Assembly: GCA_035620615.1 (NCBI GenBank)
Contig: DASPGM010000014.1
Span: 21,226 to 53,225 of the forward strand
Direction: 5' to 3'
Origin: Nitrosopumilaceae archaeon
GTDB lineage: Archaea > Thermoproteota > Nitrososphaeria > Nitrososphaerales > Nitrosopumilaceae
DNA length: 32,000 nt
In this document: positions 1-7,117 of the stretch, one piece after another
Layout: the number at the start of each line of letters is the position of its first letter
How positions within the stretch are numbered: position 1 is the first letter of the stretch
The notes under the pieces: generated by a model
Told to the model about the DNA's origin: nothing
Seen by the model: the letters and a program-made list of their open reading frames with translations, nothing else
The model's database searches: none
Position numbers and translations under genes: made by a program

Positions 1-294
1 ACAATCTTTCATTGATGCGACATTGCACCCTATGCCCCAATGATTTGGGCCAATAATTATGAACAAATCAATTGGATTGGAAGATATTTTATAAAAAGAA
101 TGGCAAGCTATAGGGCCCGAATAAACATAACCGGCATGTGGACAAATTATTCCAAAAATTTTTTCAGTGTTTTCTGATGGGGGAATTTTTCCTGGACCGT
201 ATGGATGTATAAAACAATCATGAACTAAACTTTTCAATTTTTTGGATTCGCCGGGATAGAACATTCCGGCTACTGCCGGTGTTCTTATCTGCAT
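1..294 (-). CDS. MEMO1 / AmmeMemoRadiSam system protein B family protein, N-terminal fragment (gene runs off the left edge)
   Basis: Own translation of the minus strand from ATG at 294-292: MQIRTPAVAGMFYPGESKKLKSLVHDCFIHPYGPGKIPPSENTEKIFGIICPHAGYVYSGPIACHSFYKISSNPIDLFIIIGPNHWGIG... The AGxFYP, CPHAGYxYSG and GPNH motifs are typical of the Memo family. The ATG shares base 294 with the uS2 stop codon. Not in the ORF track because it is truncated. Confidence 0.7.
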   Translation of the reverse strand, partial: MQIRTPAVAGMFYPGESKKLKSLVHDCFIHPYGPGKIPPSENTEKIFGIICPHAGYVYSGPIACHSFYKISSNPIDLFIIIGPNHWGIGCNVASMKDC

Positions 295-920
295 TATTCT
301 ATTTCCTCTTCTTCTGTAATTTTTGTTTCGAAATCATCGATTTCATACTTCATTTGGTCATCACTTTTAATTTCCCCTTTTCCTAATAGTATTTCACGAG
401 CTAATAGCCAGTAAATTGTAGCAAGAGATTTTCTTCCTCTATTATTAGCAGGAATTACAAGATCAATTTTTGAAGTAATATTATCCGTATTCGAAACGCC
501 AATTACTGGTATTCCGGCATTTGTAGCCTCTGTAATTGCTTGGGCATCAACCTGTGGATCAGATATGAGAACTAATTTTGGCTCAATATAATATGGTAAA
601 GAAGGATTTGTTAAAGTCCCTGGCATAAATCTACCTAGCATCTTAGTAGCCCCAGTAATTTCACAAAATTTTTCAATTGGTGTATTAGCATATTCTCTTC
701 CAGAACATACAATCACGTCTTCAATACTCACTCGATTGATAAATTTAGAGGCAGTTTGAATCCTTGCTAAAGTAATATCTAAATCCATCAAATAAAGTCC
801 TTCAGGACTAGCTTGTGTTACATAAGGAATCATGAATTTTGTCTTAACAGCTGTTCCAACCCTAATTCCAGTAGATAGGATTTTTTTCTTAATATCTGTA
901 ATTTCGTTTTGTTGGCTCAT
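294..920 (-). CDS. rps2: 30S ribosomal protein uS2 (S2)
   Basis: 208-aa ORF with archaeal S2 sequence features (YVTQASPEGLYLMDL, LVLISDPQVDAQAITEA, IPVIGVSNTDN) and an acidic C-terminal tail. Sits in the conserved rpoN-eno-S2 context. Confidence 0.95.
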   Translation of the reverse strand: MSQQNEITDIKKKILSTGIRVGTAVKTKFMIPYVTQASPEGLYLMDLDITLARIQTASKFINRVSIEDVIVCSGREYANTPIEKFCEITGATKMLGRFMPGTLTNPSLPYYIEPKLVLISDPQVDAQAITEATNAGIPVIGVSNTDNITSKIDLVIPANNRGRKSLATIYWLLAREILLGKGEIKSDDQMKYEIDDFETKITEEEEIE

Positions 921-929
921 ACTGCGTTT

Positions 930-2168
930 TTAAATTTGTGCCATACCGCGTATTAAATCATGCTCTGATAGTCGAATAAGCTCATTTAATTTGGCTATTC
1001 TTTCACCTCCCACAACACCTACTTTTAGCATTTTAGAGTTAGTTCCAATCCCTATATGTGAAATATGGGAATCTATGGATTCACCTGAGCGATGTGATGT
1101 GATTAAATTAATATTGTTTGATTTAGCTTCATCAGCAAATTCAAGTGCATCATAAAGGCTGCCTGCTTGGTTTACTTTTAGAATTGCTGCGTTACACGAT
1201 TTTGTTTTTATTGCTTTTTTTAGAATTTGAGTGTTAGTTACTGTAAGATCATCTCCAGTGATCATAGTATTAGGAAATTTGGATGTTAATTCAGCCATTT
1301 CTTCAAATGCTTCTTCATGTACTGCGTCTTCAGCATAAACTAGTTTGTATTTTTCAATAATATTAGACGTAAACTCAATTTGTTTTTCAGGAGTATTTTC
1401 AAAACCCCCTCTTTTATACTCATAAACCTTTTTTTGATTATTCCATTGTGTTGAGGAAGCAAAATCTACTCCTAAAGCTACTTCTTTACCCAAAGTATAT
1501 CCTAAATTCTCACAGGCCTTTGCAGAAAGTTCGAGAGCCTTTTCGTTGCCTAACTTTGGGGCCCATCCGCCTTCATCTCCTCTGCCATTAGTAAATCCTG
1601 GATCCTCTTTTTGTAAAATGTTTCGTAATTCTTTATGAATTTCTAAATTTGTTTCAATTGCATCTCGAATTGATTTTGATTCAATAGCACAAATTAAAAT
1701 CTCTTGTATGTCAGGTGTTCCTGGGCCTGCATGAGCTCCTCCTCCAAGAATGTTTCCTAAAGGAACGGGGAATCTGAATTTTTTTTCATTTGAAATCATC
1801 TGAAACAAGGGTTTATCGAAAGTCTTGGCTGCTGACTCTAATGATGCAATGGTAACTGCAAAGGCAACTGCACCACCTATCTTGGAATAATTTGGACTGG
1901 GATCTAAAGTACGTATTAAGTCATGAATTAATTTAAGATCTGATGGATCTTGTCCTAAGAATTTTTTTGAATTTTCCTTAATCACACGTAAACTTTTTTC
2001 AGGATTTTCATCTGGAAAACTAATAGCTTCATGTTTACCTACACTTGCTCCAGATGGTGCGCATACTCTTCCCATATGCGAATTATCAGAAATAACGTCA
2101 ACTTCAATTGTTTTATTTCCTCTACTATTGTAAATTAATCTAGCATTAACAGATGTAATTTTTGGCAA
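930..2168 (-). CDS. eno: Enolase (2-phosphoglycerate dehydratase)
   Basis: 412-aa ORF with enolase-typical segments (ARLIYNSRGNKTIEVDV, GDEGGWAP, GDDLTVTN, ILKVNQAGSL, SHRSGES). TTG start at 2168, 1 nt after the rpoN stop. Confidence 0.95.
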   Translation of the reverse strand: MPKITSVNARLIYNSRGNKTIEVDVISDNSHMGRVCAPSGASVGKHEAISFPDENPEKSLRVIKENSKKFLGQDPSDLKLIHDLIRTLDPSPNYSKIGGAVAFAVTIASLESAAKTFDKPLFQMISNEKKFRFPVPLGNILGGGAHAGPGTPDIQEILICAIESKSIRDAIETNLEIHKELRNILQKEDPGFTNGRGDEGGWAPKLGNEKALELSAKACENLGYTLGKEVALGVDFASSTQWNNQKKVYEYKRGGFENTPEKQIEFTSNIIEKYKLVYAEDAVHEEAFEEMAELTSKFPNTMITGDDLTVTNTQILKKAIKTKSCNAAILKVNQAGSLYDALEFADEAKSNNINLITSHRSGESIDSHISHIGIGTNSKMLKVGVVGGERIAKLNELIRLSEHDLIRGMAQI

Positions 2169-2169
2169 A

Positions 2170-2406
2170 CTACTCTAACTCAGATTGAACTTCAAGGTGT
2201 CTTCTTCGAATTGCTTCGTAAAAAGGAACAACTTGTTGAATTGTTTCAACTGAAGTTAACAACATTCTTCTACAACAATATCTTTCCATTCCCAAAGAGT
2301 TTAGGACTTTAGCTGGTTCTTCACCTGATTTTAATCGATTTTGATAATCTTCAAATTTATCAGCAATTAAATTTCCACAAGTGAAGCATCTTACTGGAAC
2401 AAGCAT
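2170..2406 (-). CDS. rpoN: DNA-directed RNA polymerase subunit N (Rpo10)
   Basis: 78-aa ORF MLVPVRCFTCGNLIADKFEDY...RYCCRRMLLTSV, carrying the zinc-binding CxxC...CC signature of archaeal RpoN/RPB10. Confidence 0.9.
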   Translation of the reverse strand: MLVPVRCFTCGNLIADKFEDYQNRLKSGEEPAKVLNSLGMERYCCRRMLLTSVETIQQVVPFYEAIRRRHLEVQSELE

Positions 2407-2428
2407 AATTTCGAAAAGTAATCAAGGA

Positions 2429-2437
2429 TTATAAAAA
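2429..2437. promoter_or_regulatory. TATA-like box (TTATAAAAA), possibly shared by divergent rpoN operon and tRNA-Leu
   Basis: The only strong TATA-like element in the 51-nt spacer. Its centre is ~26-27 nt from the rpoN ATG (2406) and ~25 nt from the tRNA 5' end (2458). Confidence 0.4.
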
Positions 2438-2457
2438 CCCTGCATGACAACTTCGTT

Positions 2458-2542
2458 GCGGGTGTCGCCCAGCCTGGCCAAAGGCGCTAGCTTGAGGGGT
2501 TAGTCTCTTAGGAGTTCATGGGTTCAAATCCCATCACCCGCA
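2458..2542 (+). tRNA. tRNA-Leu (anticodon GAG)
   Basis: 85-nt cloverleaf folded by hand. Acceptor GCGGGTG/CACCCGC; anticodon stem CTAGC/GTTAG with loop TTGAGGG (anticodon GAG); long variable arm; T-arm ATGGG-TTCAAAT-CCCAT; discriminator A; no encoded CCA. It is a GC-rich island in AT-rich DNA. Confidence 0.9.
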
Positions 2543-2549
2543 TTGATTA

Positions 2550-2564
2550 TTTTTGAATTTTTTT
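2550..2564 (+). terminator. Oligo-T tract (T5 gaa T7) downstream of tRNA-Leu, archaeal-type terminator candidate
   Basis: tttttgaattttttt starts 8 nt after the tRNA 3' end. Archaeal RNAP terminates at oligo-T. Confidence 0.4.
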
Positions 2565-2573
2565 AACAGAATA

Positions 2574-3191
2574 TCAATTTCCATTAATTTTATTAAGAGA
2601 ATTTATCAAATGTGCTCTCCTAATCTCTTCAGTAATAGCTGATCTAGCATCTTCAACCAATTTACGATTTACATCAAGTTTTCTCCTAGCTTCTTTTAGA
2701 ATTTTATCATACATTGCAAATGGATACAAATGTAAGTAGAGATTTTCCATTATTTCAAAAATATTAGTGGCTTCTTTAGATTTTCCTACTCTAATATTAT
2801 CAAAAACATATCTCTTTAATTCTCCTATCAGATCCATAAGCCCAAGTACGTAGGCTTCATCTGATACCTTTAGAGATTCTACCGATGGAATAGGCTTGTT
2901 CTCAATTATTGCCAAAAATGCGTAGGCCTCCACCAATTCTTGTTCTGGAGTTATTAGATATCGTTTTAATTCTGAATTTGCTTTTTTTCTATATGTAGAA
3001 AGTAACACACTTGCTTTATGAACCATTTTTTTAGCGGAATCTAAATCCCCTTTATGAGCAGATATAATTGATTGACTGCACAAAATTACAACATCCCTGG
3101 TATTTTTTATTAAATATTCTCGTGAATCCTGAGACGTAGCTAATGATTTTGCAACCTTATTTAATGAAGATTTAATGTTTTGTGAAGACAT
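2574..3191 (-). CDS. Translin-family protein (archaeal translin/C3PO-like)
   Basis: 205-aa all-helical-looking ORF. The segment DEAYVLGLMDLIGELKRY matches my memory of the translin/TRAX signature (Y.lGl.Dl.GEL.R). No search was run. Confidence 0.55.
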   Translation of the reverse strand: MSSQNIKSSLNKVAKSLATSQDSREYLIKNTRDVVILCSQSIISAHKGDLDSAKKMVHKASVLLSTYRKKANSELKRYLITPEQELVEAYAFLAIIENKPIPSVESLKVSDEAYVLGLMDLIGELKRYVFDNIRVGKSKEATNIFEIMENLYLHLYPFAMYDKILKEARRKLDVNRKLVEDARSAITEEIRRAHLINSLNKINGN

Positions 3192-3223
3192 ACTATATGG
3201 CCATTAAAACTGAGATAAAGTCG

Positions 3224-3242
3224 TTTGCCAAAGCCCTTAATT
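3224..3242 (+). repeat. Partial (core) copy of the repeated promoter-like module; core CCAAAGCCCTTAATT at 3228-3242
   Basis: The 15-nt core is identical to 4456-4470 and 5817-5831. It lies 50 nt upstream of the TTG start of the BNR-repeat gene. Confidence 0.6.
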
Positions 3243-3291
3243 CTAGACTAGCAAGTTCATAAATGGTTTAATTGAGAACTTAATACAAATT

Positions 3292-4389
3292 TTGTTGAAT
3301 AAAATAATTTTTCCTATGGTATTTTTACTAATTTTATTATTTAATCAAAATTATGCTCAAGCGGAAACTACGTGTAGTCAACAAAATTCAGGAATTCCTC
3401 CTTTTCAACTAAGGTCTGTTTTTTTCGTTGATTCAAACACTGGATGGGTAGTAGGAGGCGGTGGAACTGTACTCAAAACCACCGATGGTGGAACAACATG
3501 GATTCAACAAACATCTAATACCTCTCAAGAACTCAATTCTGTTTTTTTTGTTGATTCAAGTACTGGATGGGCAGTAGGTGATGGAGCTTTTGGCGTAAAT
3601 ATAATTAAAACAGTAAATGGTGGTACAACTTGGACTACCATAAACTCTGGCTTTCTTGGAACTCTTAATTCTGTTTTTTTTGTTGATTCAAACTCTGGAT
3701 GGGCAGTAGGTGGTGATGGAATACTACATACTACAAATGGTGGGAACACATGGAGTGCACAGTCAGCATTTCCAGGCTCATCTCTCGATTTTGTTGATTC
3801 AAATACTGGTTGGGCTGGAGGCGGTTCGATGGTAGCAAAAACAACAAATGGTGGTACGACATGGACTCCCCAAAGCACAGGCATAAGTATTTCAATCAAC
3901 TCTGTCGATTTTGTTGATTCAAATACTGGTTGGGTAGTGGGTAGTGCTCAAAGAATACTGAAAACAACGGATGGCGGTACAACATGGACTCTCCAAAACA
4001 TCGGTTTTTCTTTAGATCAACTGCGTTCTGTCGATTTTATTGATTCAAGTACTGGATGGGTAGTGGGTTATGATGCCTTAGCATCTAGTAACTTAATACT
4101 AAAGACCACTGATGGCGGTACAACATGGACTCCACAAACCTCTGGAACTACCAACTTTCTATGGTCTGTTGATTTTGTTAATTCAAGTACTGGTTGGACA
4201 GTAGGTGTAGGAGCATTAATACTCAAATGTACATCGTCGCTCCAAAATGGTCAAGTCATTGGTGGAAAAATAATTCCAATAGAAACAACTAGTTTAATCC
4301 TAGCAGGTGCTCAAATATTCACTTGGATGATTCCTGTTTTAGTATCTGGAATAGGAATTGGTTTGATAGTATTTAGAAAGAGAATCTAA
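3292..4389 (+). CDS. Secreted BNR/Ycf48-like beta-propeller repeat protein with C-terminal transmembrane anchor
   Basis: 365-aa ORF. N-terminal signal peptide (…LILLFNQNYAQA). About 7 repeats of SVxFVDSxTGWxVG…ILKTTDGGTTW (BNR-like SxDxGxTW-type motif). C-terminal hydrophobic helix followed by FRKRI. Start is TTG 3292 or ATG 3316. Confidence 0.8.
   Translation: MLNKIIFPMVFLLILLFNQNYAQAETTCSQQNSGIPPFQLRSVFFVDSNTGWVVGGGGTVLKTTDGGTTWIQQTSNTSQELNSVFFVDSSTGWAVGDGAFGVNIIKTVNGGTTWTTINSGFLGTLNSVFFVDSNSGWAVGGDGILHTTNGGNTWSAQSAFPGSSLDFVDSNTGWAGGGSMVAKTTNGGTTWTPQSTGISISINSVDFVDSNTGWVVGSAQRILKTTDGGTTWTLQNIGFSLDQLRSVDFIDSSTGWVVGYDALASSNLILKTTDGGTTWTPQTSGTTNFLWSVDFVNSSTGWTVGVGALILKCTSSLQNGQVIGGKIIPIETTSLILAGAQIFTWMIPVLVSGIGIGLIVFRKRI
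3409..4233 (+). repeat. Intragenic tandem repeats (~120-130 nt units) encoding the propeller blades
   Basis: Near-identical DNA stretches, e.g. gattttgttgattcaaatactggttggg at about 3787-3814 and 3907-3934. They also create the mirror ORF 3525..3899 on the opposite strand. Confidence 0.8.
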
Positions 4390-4434
4390 ATTATTAGAAA
4401 AACTATAGCTTCATTAAATTAATTTTAAGTCATA

Positions 4435-4470
4435 TTTTATACCCAAAACATATTTCCAAAGCCCTTAATT
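4435..4470 (+). repeat. 36-nt repeated intergenic module, copy 1 (ttttatacccaaaacatatttccaaagcccttaatt)
   Basis: 35/36 identical to 5796-5831. Contains TTTTATA and CTTAATT TATA-like elements and two CCAAA[AG]C half-sites 13 nt apart. Confidence 0.85.
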
Positions 4471-4510
4471 CATTTCTAAATTCTATGCCTAAATATTGAG
4501 TTTTTTCAAA

Positions 4511-4639
4511 TTAATTTCCATAGTAAAAAGGATGACAATCGCAACTACATCCAATAACACAATTCATTCTCTTACAGTCATCACATGCTTTTTTGGTATA
4601 AAATGAGTTGTTAGGATATTTGTAAAACTTTTTGTGCAT
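4511..4639 (-). CDS. Hypothetical 42-aa cysteine-rich micro-protein (MHKKFYKYPNNSFYTKKACDDCKRMNCVIGCSCDCHPFYYGN)
   Basis: Found by own translation; it is below the ORF-track size cutoff. Six Cys plus one His arranged CxxC-x4-C-x3-CxCxCH. A TATA-like TTTATAAAA sits on the minus strand ~25 nt upstream of the ATG (around 4661-4669). Coding status is unproven. Confidence 0.3.
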   Translation of the reverse strand: MHKKFYKYPNNSFYTKKACDDCKRMNCVIGCSCDCHPFYYGN

Positions 4640-4797
4640 ATTTTTTAAAAACCATTAATTTTATAAAAAGTTCTATATGTTTTTCTGAACAAAATAATTT
4701 TTCTTCATTTATTCTCATCTTTTCTCATTAATTTTTTAAAAAAATGTTCATACTGCACATAAGACAACTTTTGTCCCATTTATTTTAAATCAAGTTA

Positions 4798-5778
4798 ATG
4801 AATAGTATTGGTAAGGCAAAAAACAATTCATCAAAACGGTTGACGTTAGGCGAAATTGTTTTGTTTACAGTAGCATTTTCAATGATTACTGCAGCAGCAA
4901 CTTTTGGCTTAACTACTGACATCATGGCAAATGCAGCAAAACCACAAAAAGTAATCGAATACAGTAATGGGTATCCAAGTGGTGCTCATGAAAACCTGAA
5001 TATTCACGGCAAGACAGCAGACTATAATTGTGATTCTAGCCCAGGTGGAAAATCGGTATTCATACTTGAAAATGGTGACTCTACAATCCAATATGTCTCA
5101 AACAAGAAATCCTCTGTAACTGAACTAGTTGCAAACGATCCTTGTGATAGTGCATTTGATGGTGATCCTGTTGAGGTTCAGATTCCATCTGAAGAACAGG
5201 GTTACTATGTATTTGCTAGAGTACCTGGCAATCATCAAAACACTGGAGGACAAAGCTCTCTAATCATGGTACCAAACCCAAACATAGAGGCTTGTAATGA
5301 TACAGTAGAAGGAAATCCAGATTTTGGTGATCTTACTTCATGTCCTGACGATCCCTTAAACGAGGATCTGTTGGCATTGGGTTTGATTACATCAAATGGA
5401 GTCTATGATCTTGTAGACCAAGAGTTTGTACAAGTAGACAATTCTGGAAATGAGCAAGGCAAGGGTCAAGGCAAAAGCACAGCAGTTGACATTACTGGTC
5501 TATTTCTTTGGACAGGTGATGTATGTGATGATAGCTTTGACACCAACGGTGATGGAAGCATTACAGTTGATGATGTATTAGTTGACCTAAATGGCGATGG
5601 AGTAATTGATGACGCAGATTTGGCAATATACCTAGAGACTAATTGTACTCATTTTGATAGTGAATGGGTCTTTAGCGTAGCAGATTTGGTAGTTGTTGAT
5701 CACGAAATAACTAACGATGGTGTAAAATTGTTAAAACTTAGATTCTATCCAGTTTCTACAACTGAATTTAATAGATAG
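4798..5778 (+). CDS. Secreted/membrane-anchored hypothetical protein with paired dockerin/EF-hand-like calcium-binding loops
   Basis: 326-aa ORF. N-terminal hydrophobic segment (LGEIVLFTVAFSMITAAATFGL). DTNGDGSITVDDVLVDLNGDGVIDDADLAIYL matches the dockerin type I / EF-hand DxNGDGxIxxxD repeat pair. Confidence 0.7.
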   Translation: MNSIGKAKNNSSKRLTLGEIVLFTVAFSMITAAATFGLTTDIMANAAKPQKVIEYSNGYPSGAHENLNIHGKTADYNCDSSPGGKSVFILENGDSTIQYVSNKKSSVTELVANDPCDSAFDGDPVEVQIPSEEQGYYVFARVPGNHQNTGGQSSLIMVPNPNIEACNDTVEGNPDFGDLTSCPDDPLNEDLLALGLITSNGVYDLVDQEFVQVDNSGNEQGKGQGKSTAVDITGLFLWTGDVCDDSFDTNGDGSITVDDVLVDLNGDGVIDDADLAIYLETNCTHFDSEWVFSVADLVVVDHEITNDGVKLLKLRFYPVSTTEFNR

Positions 5779-5784
5779 ATCTAC

Positions 5785-5799
5785 TTTTTTCTTTTTTTT
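5785..5799 (+). terminator. Oligo-T terminator candidate (T6 c T8) after the dockerin-like gene
   Basis: ttttttctttttttt begins 7 nt after the stop codon. It overlaps the 5' end of repeat copy 2. Confidence 0.45.
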
Positions 5800-5831
5800 A
5801 TACCCAAAACCTATTTCCAAAGCCCTTAATT
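5796..5831 (+). repeat. 36-nt repeated intergenic module, copy 2 (ttttatacccaaaacctatttccaaagcccttaatt); likely promoter of nnrE
   Basis: 35/36 identical to 4435-4470. The CTTAATT element is centred ~27 nt upstream of the nnrE ATG (5855), the spacing expected for an archaeal TATA box with a leaderless mRNA. Confidence 0.85.
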
Positions 5832-5854
5832 TATGTACATTTTTTTGATTAACT

Positions 5855-6502
5855 ATGGAAATAACAGTAAAACAAATGATGCAAATAGAAGAGAATGGTC
5901 ACAAAATGGGATTCTTAAAAAAATTTATGATGGAAAACGCAGGAGCTGCTGCAGTTAGAAGATTGGAAGAGCAATATGGGAATTTGACTTCAAAAAATAT
6001 TCTAGTTTTTGCAGGTTTGGGAAATAATGGAGGAGATGCATTGGTAATGGGAAGGCACTTGGCTGGAAGAAATTCTAATATCACTATTGTATTACTTGGA
6101 ATGCCTGAAAAAATTAAAACAGAAGAGAGTAGATGGAATTGGGAAATTTTGGGAAAAATGAACTCAATTACATTAATTACAGATTCAAAAATTAATTTTA
6201 AACAAAAACCTGACATCATAGTTGATGGAATTTTAGGTACCGGGATTTCTGGAATAATTTCTGAACCTTATGCTTCTGCAATACAATTTATCAATGAATC
6301 ATCTGCATTAAAATTGGCAGTTGATGTACCCTCTGGGTTAGATCCAGATACAGGTAATACAAGTAATATCTTTGTCAAAGCAGATCTTACTATTACTTTT
6401 CATAAAATGAAAGTTGGAATGCCAAAACGAACAGATCTCTGTGGGAAAATATTTGTAGAAAAAATTGGAATTCCACCAGAGGCAGAGATTGGAGTATTAT
6501 GA
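5855..6502 (+). CDS. nnrE: NAD(P)H-hydrate epimerase (stand-alone YjeF N-terminal domain)
   Basis: 215-aa ORF with MENAGAAAV, FAGLGNNGGDALVMGRHL and DGILGTGISG, typical of the YjeF_N/NnrE domain. No fused dehydratase (YjeF_C) domain. Confidence 0.85.
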   Translation: MEITVKQMMQIEENGHKMGFLKKFMMENAGAAAVRRLEEQYGNLTSKNILVFAGLGNNGGDALVMGRHLAGRNSNITIVLLGMPEKIKTEESRWNWEILGKMNSITLITDSKINFKQKPDIIVDGILGTGISGIISEPYASAIQFINESSALKLAVDVPSGLDPDTGNTSNIFVKADLTITFHKMKVGMPKRTDLCGKIFVEKIGIPPEAEIGVL

Positions 6503-7110
6503 AGGTTCATCAAATTCAAGTTGGGAATATGGAGAATTTCACATATATTTTAGAAGATGAAGATTCTGGGGAAGCTATTATTTTAGATCCATCATGGAAT
6601 CTAGATGAAATAAAAAAAATAATCACACGCCATGACCTTAGGGTAAAATATATTGTAAATACACACCATCATTTTGATCATACTTTGGGAAATGAAGCAT
6701 TATCAAAAGAAACTGGTGCCAAAATACTACAACATGAGGCTTCAACTTTACCACACGATGAAGCTCTTACTGATAAACAAAAAATTAATTTTGGAAATTC
6801 TCAATTAATAGTTATTCATACTCCAGGACATTCAAAAGATAGTATATGTTTGGTTGGGGATAAAAAAATTTTTACAGGTGATACACTTTTTGTCGGAAAT
6901 TGTGGACGTGTTGATTTACCTGGAGGAAGTGCAAAAGAGCTCTATCATAGTTTATTTGATATTTTATACCAGCTGGATGAAAGTCTTGTAATATATCCTG
7001 GTCATAATTATGGATCAACCCCAATCTCCACAATTGCAAATGAAAAAAAAACAAACTTTGTACTACAAAAAAGAGAAGAGCAGGAATTTGTGGAGCTTAT
7101 GGGGCAGTGA
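6499..7110 (+). CDS. MBL-fold metallo-hydrolase (glyoxalase II-like)
   Basis: 203-aa ORF with the HxHxDH motif (NTHHHFDHTLGN) and downstream TPGHS and GD/GR motifs. ATGA start/stop overlap with nnrE. Confidence 0.85.
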   Translation: MKVHQIQVGNMENFTYILEDEDSGEAIILDPSWNLDEIKKIITRHDLRVKYIVNTHHHFDHTLGNEALSKETGAKILQHEASTLPHDEALTDKQKINFGNSQLIVIHTPGHSKDSICLVGDKKIFTGDTLFVGNCGRVDLPGGSAKELYHSLFDILYQLDESLVIYPGHNYGSTPISTIANEKKTNFVLQKREEQEFVELMGQ

Positions 7111-7117
7111 ATGTTAA

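Noticed and set aside
3525-3899. 124-aa minus-strand ORF inside the BNR-repeat gene
   Set aside because: It lies entirely antisense to a well-supported repeat protein. Its own 'repeats' (HVVPPFVV, ESTKKTEL) are just the mirror image of the blade repeats. It has no start context or promoter, so it is a shadow ORF.
4570-4595. Possible C/D-box sRNA: GTGATGA (C-box-like) on the minus strand in the large spacer
   Set aside because: No CTGA D or D' box at the required spacing, no terminal stem, and the motif coincides with the CDDC codons of the Cys-rich micro-ORF.
4511-4639. Type I toxin-antitoxin interpretation of the overlapping 42-aa (minus) and 24-aa (plus) micro-ORFs
   Set aside because: Neither peptide is a convincing hydrophobic membrane toxin. 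The idea rests only on the overlapping geometry. It is retained only as generic 'antisense regulation possible' in the findings.
4798-4920. Archaeal type IV pilin (class III signal peptide) for the 326-aa protein (…SKRLTLGEIVLF…)
   Set aside because: The Glu at +5 relative to a hypothetical KR/L cut is suggestive. But there is no Gly/Ala at -1 and no [KRDE][GA] context, so it fits an ordinary signal or anchor better.
2458-5778. tRNA-Leu as attachment site of an integrated mobile element carrying the secreted-protein genes
   Set aside because: I found no integrase, transposase, direct repeat of the tRNA 3' end or phage-like genes, and composition is similar to the flanks.
4435-5831. CRISPR-like reading of the 36-nt repeats
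   Set aside because: There are only two full copies, 1.3 kb apart, separated by a normal protein gene. There is no array, no cas genes and no palindromic repeat core.
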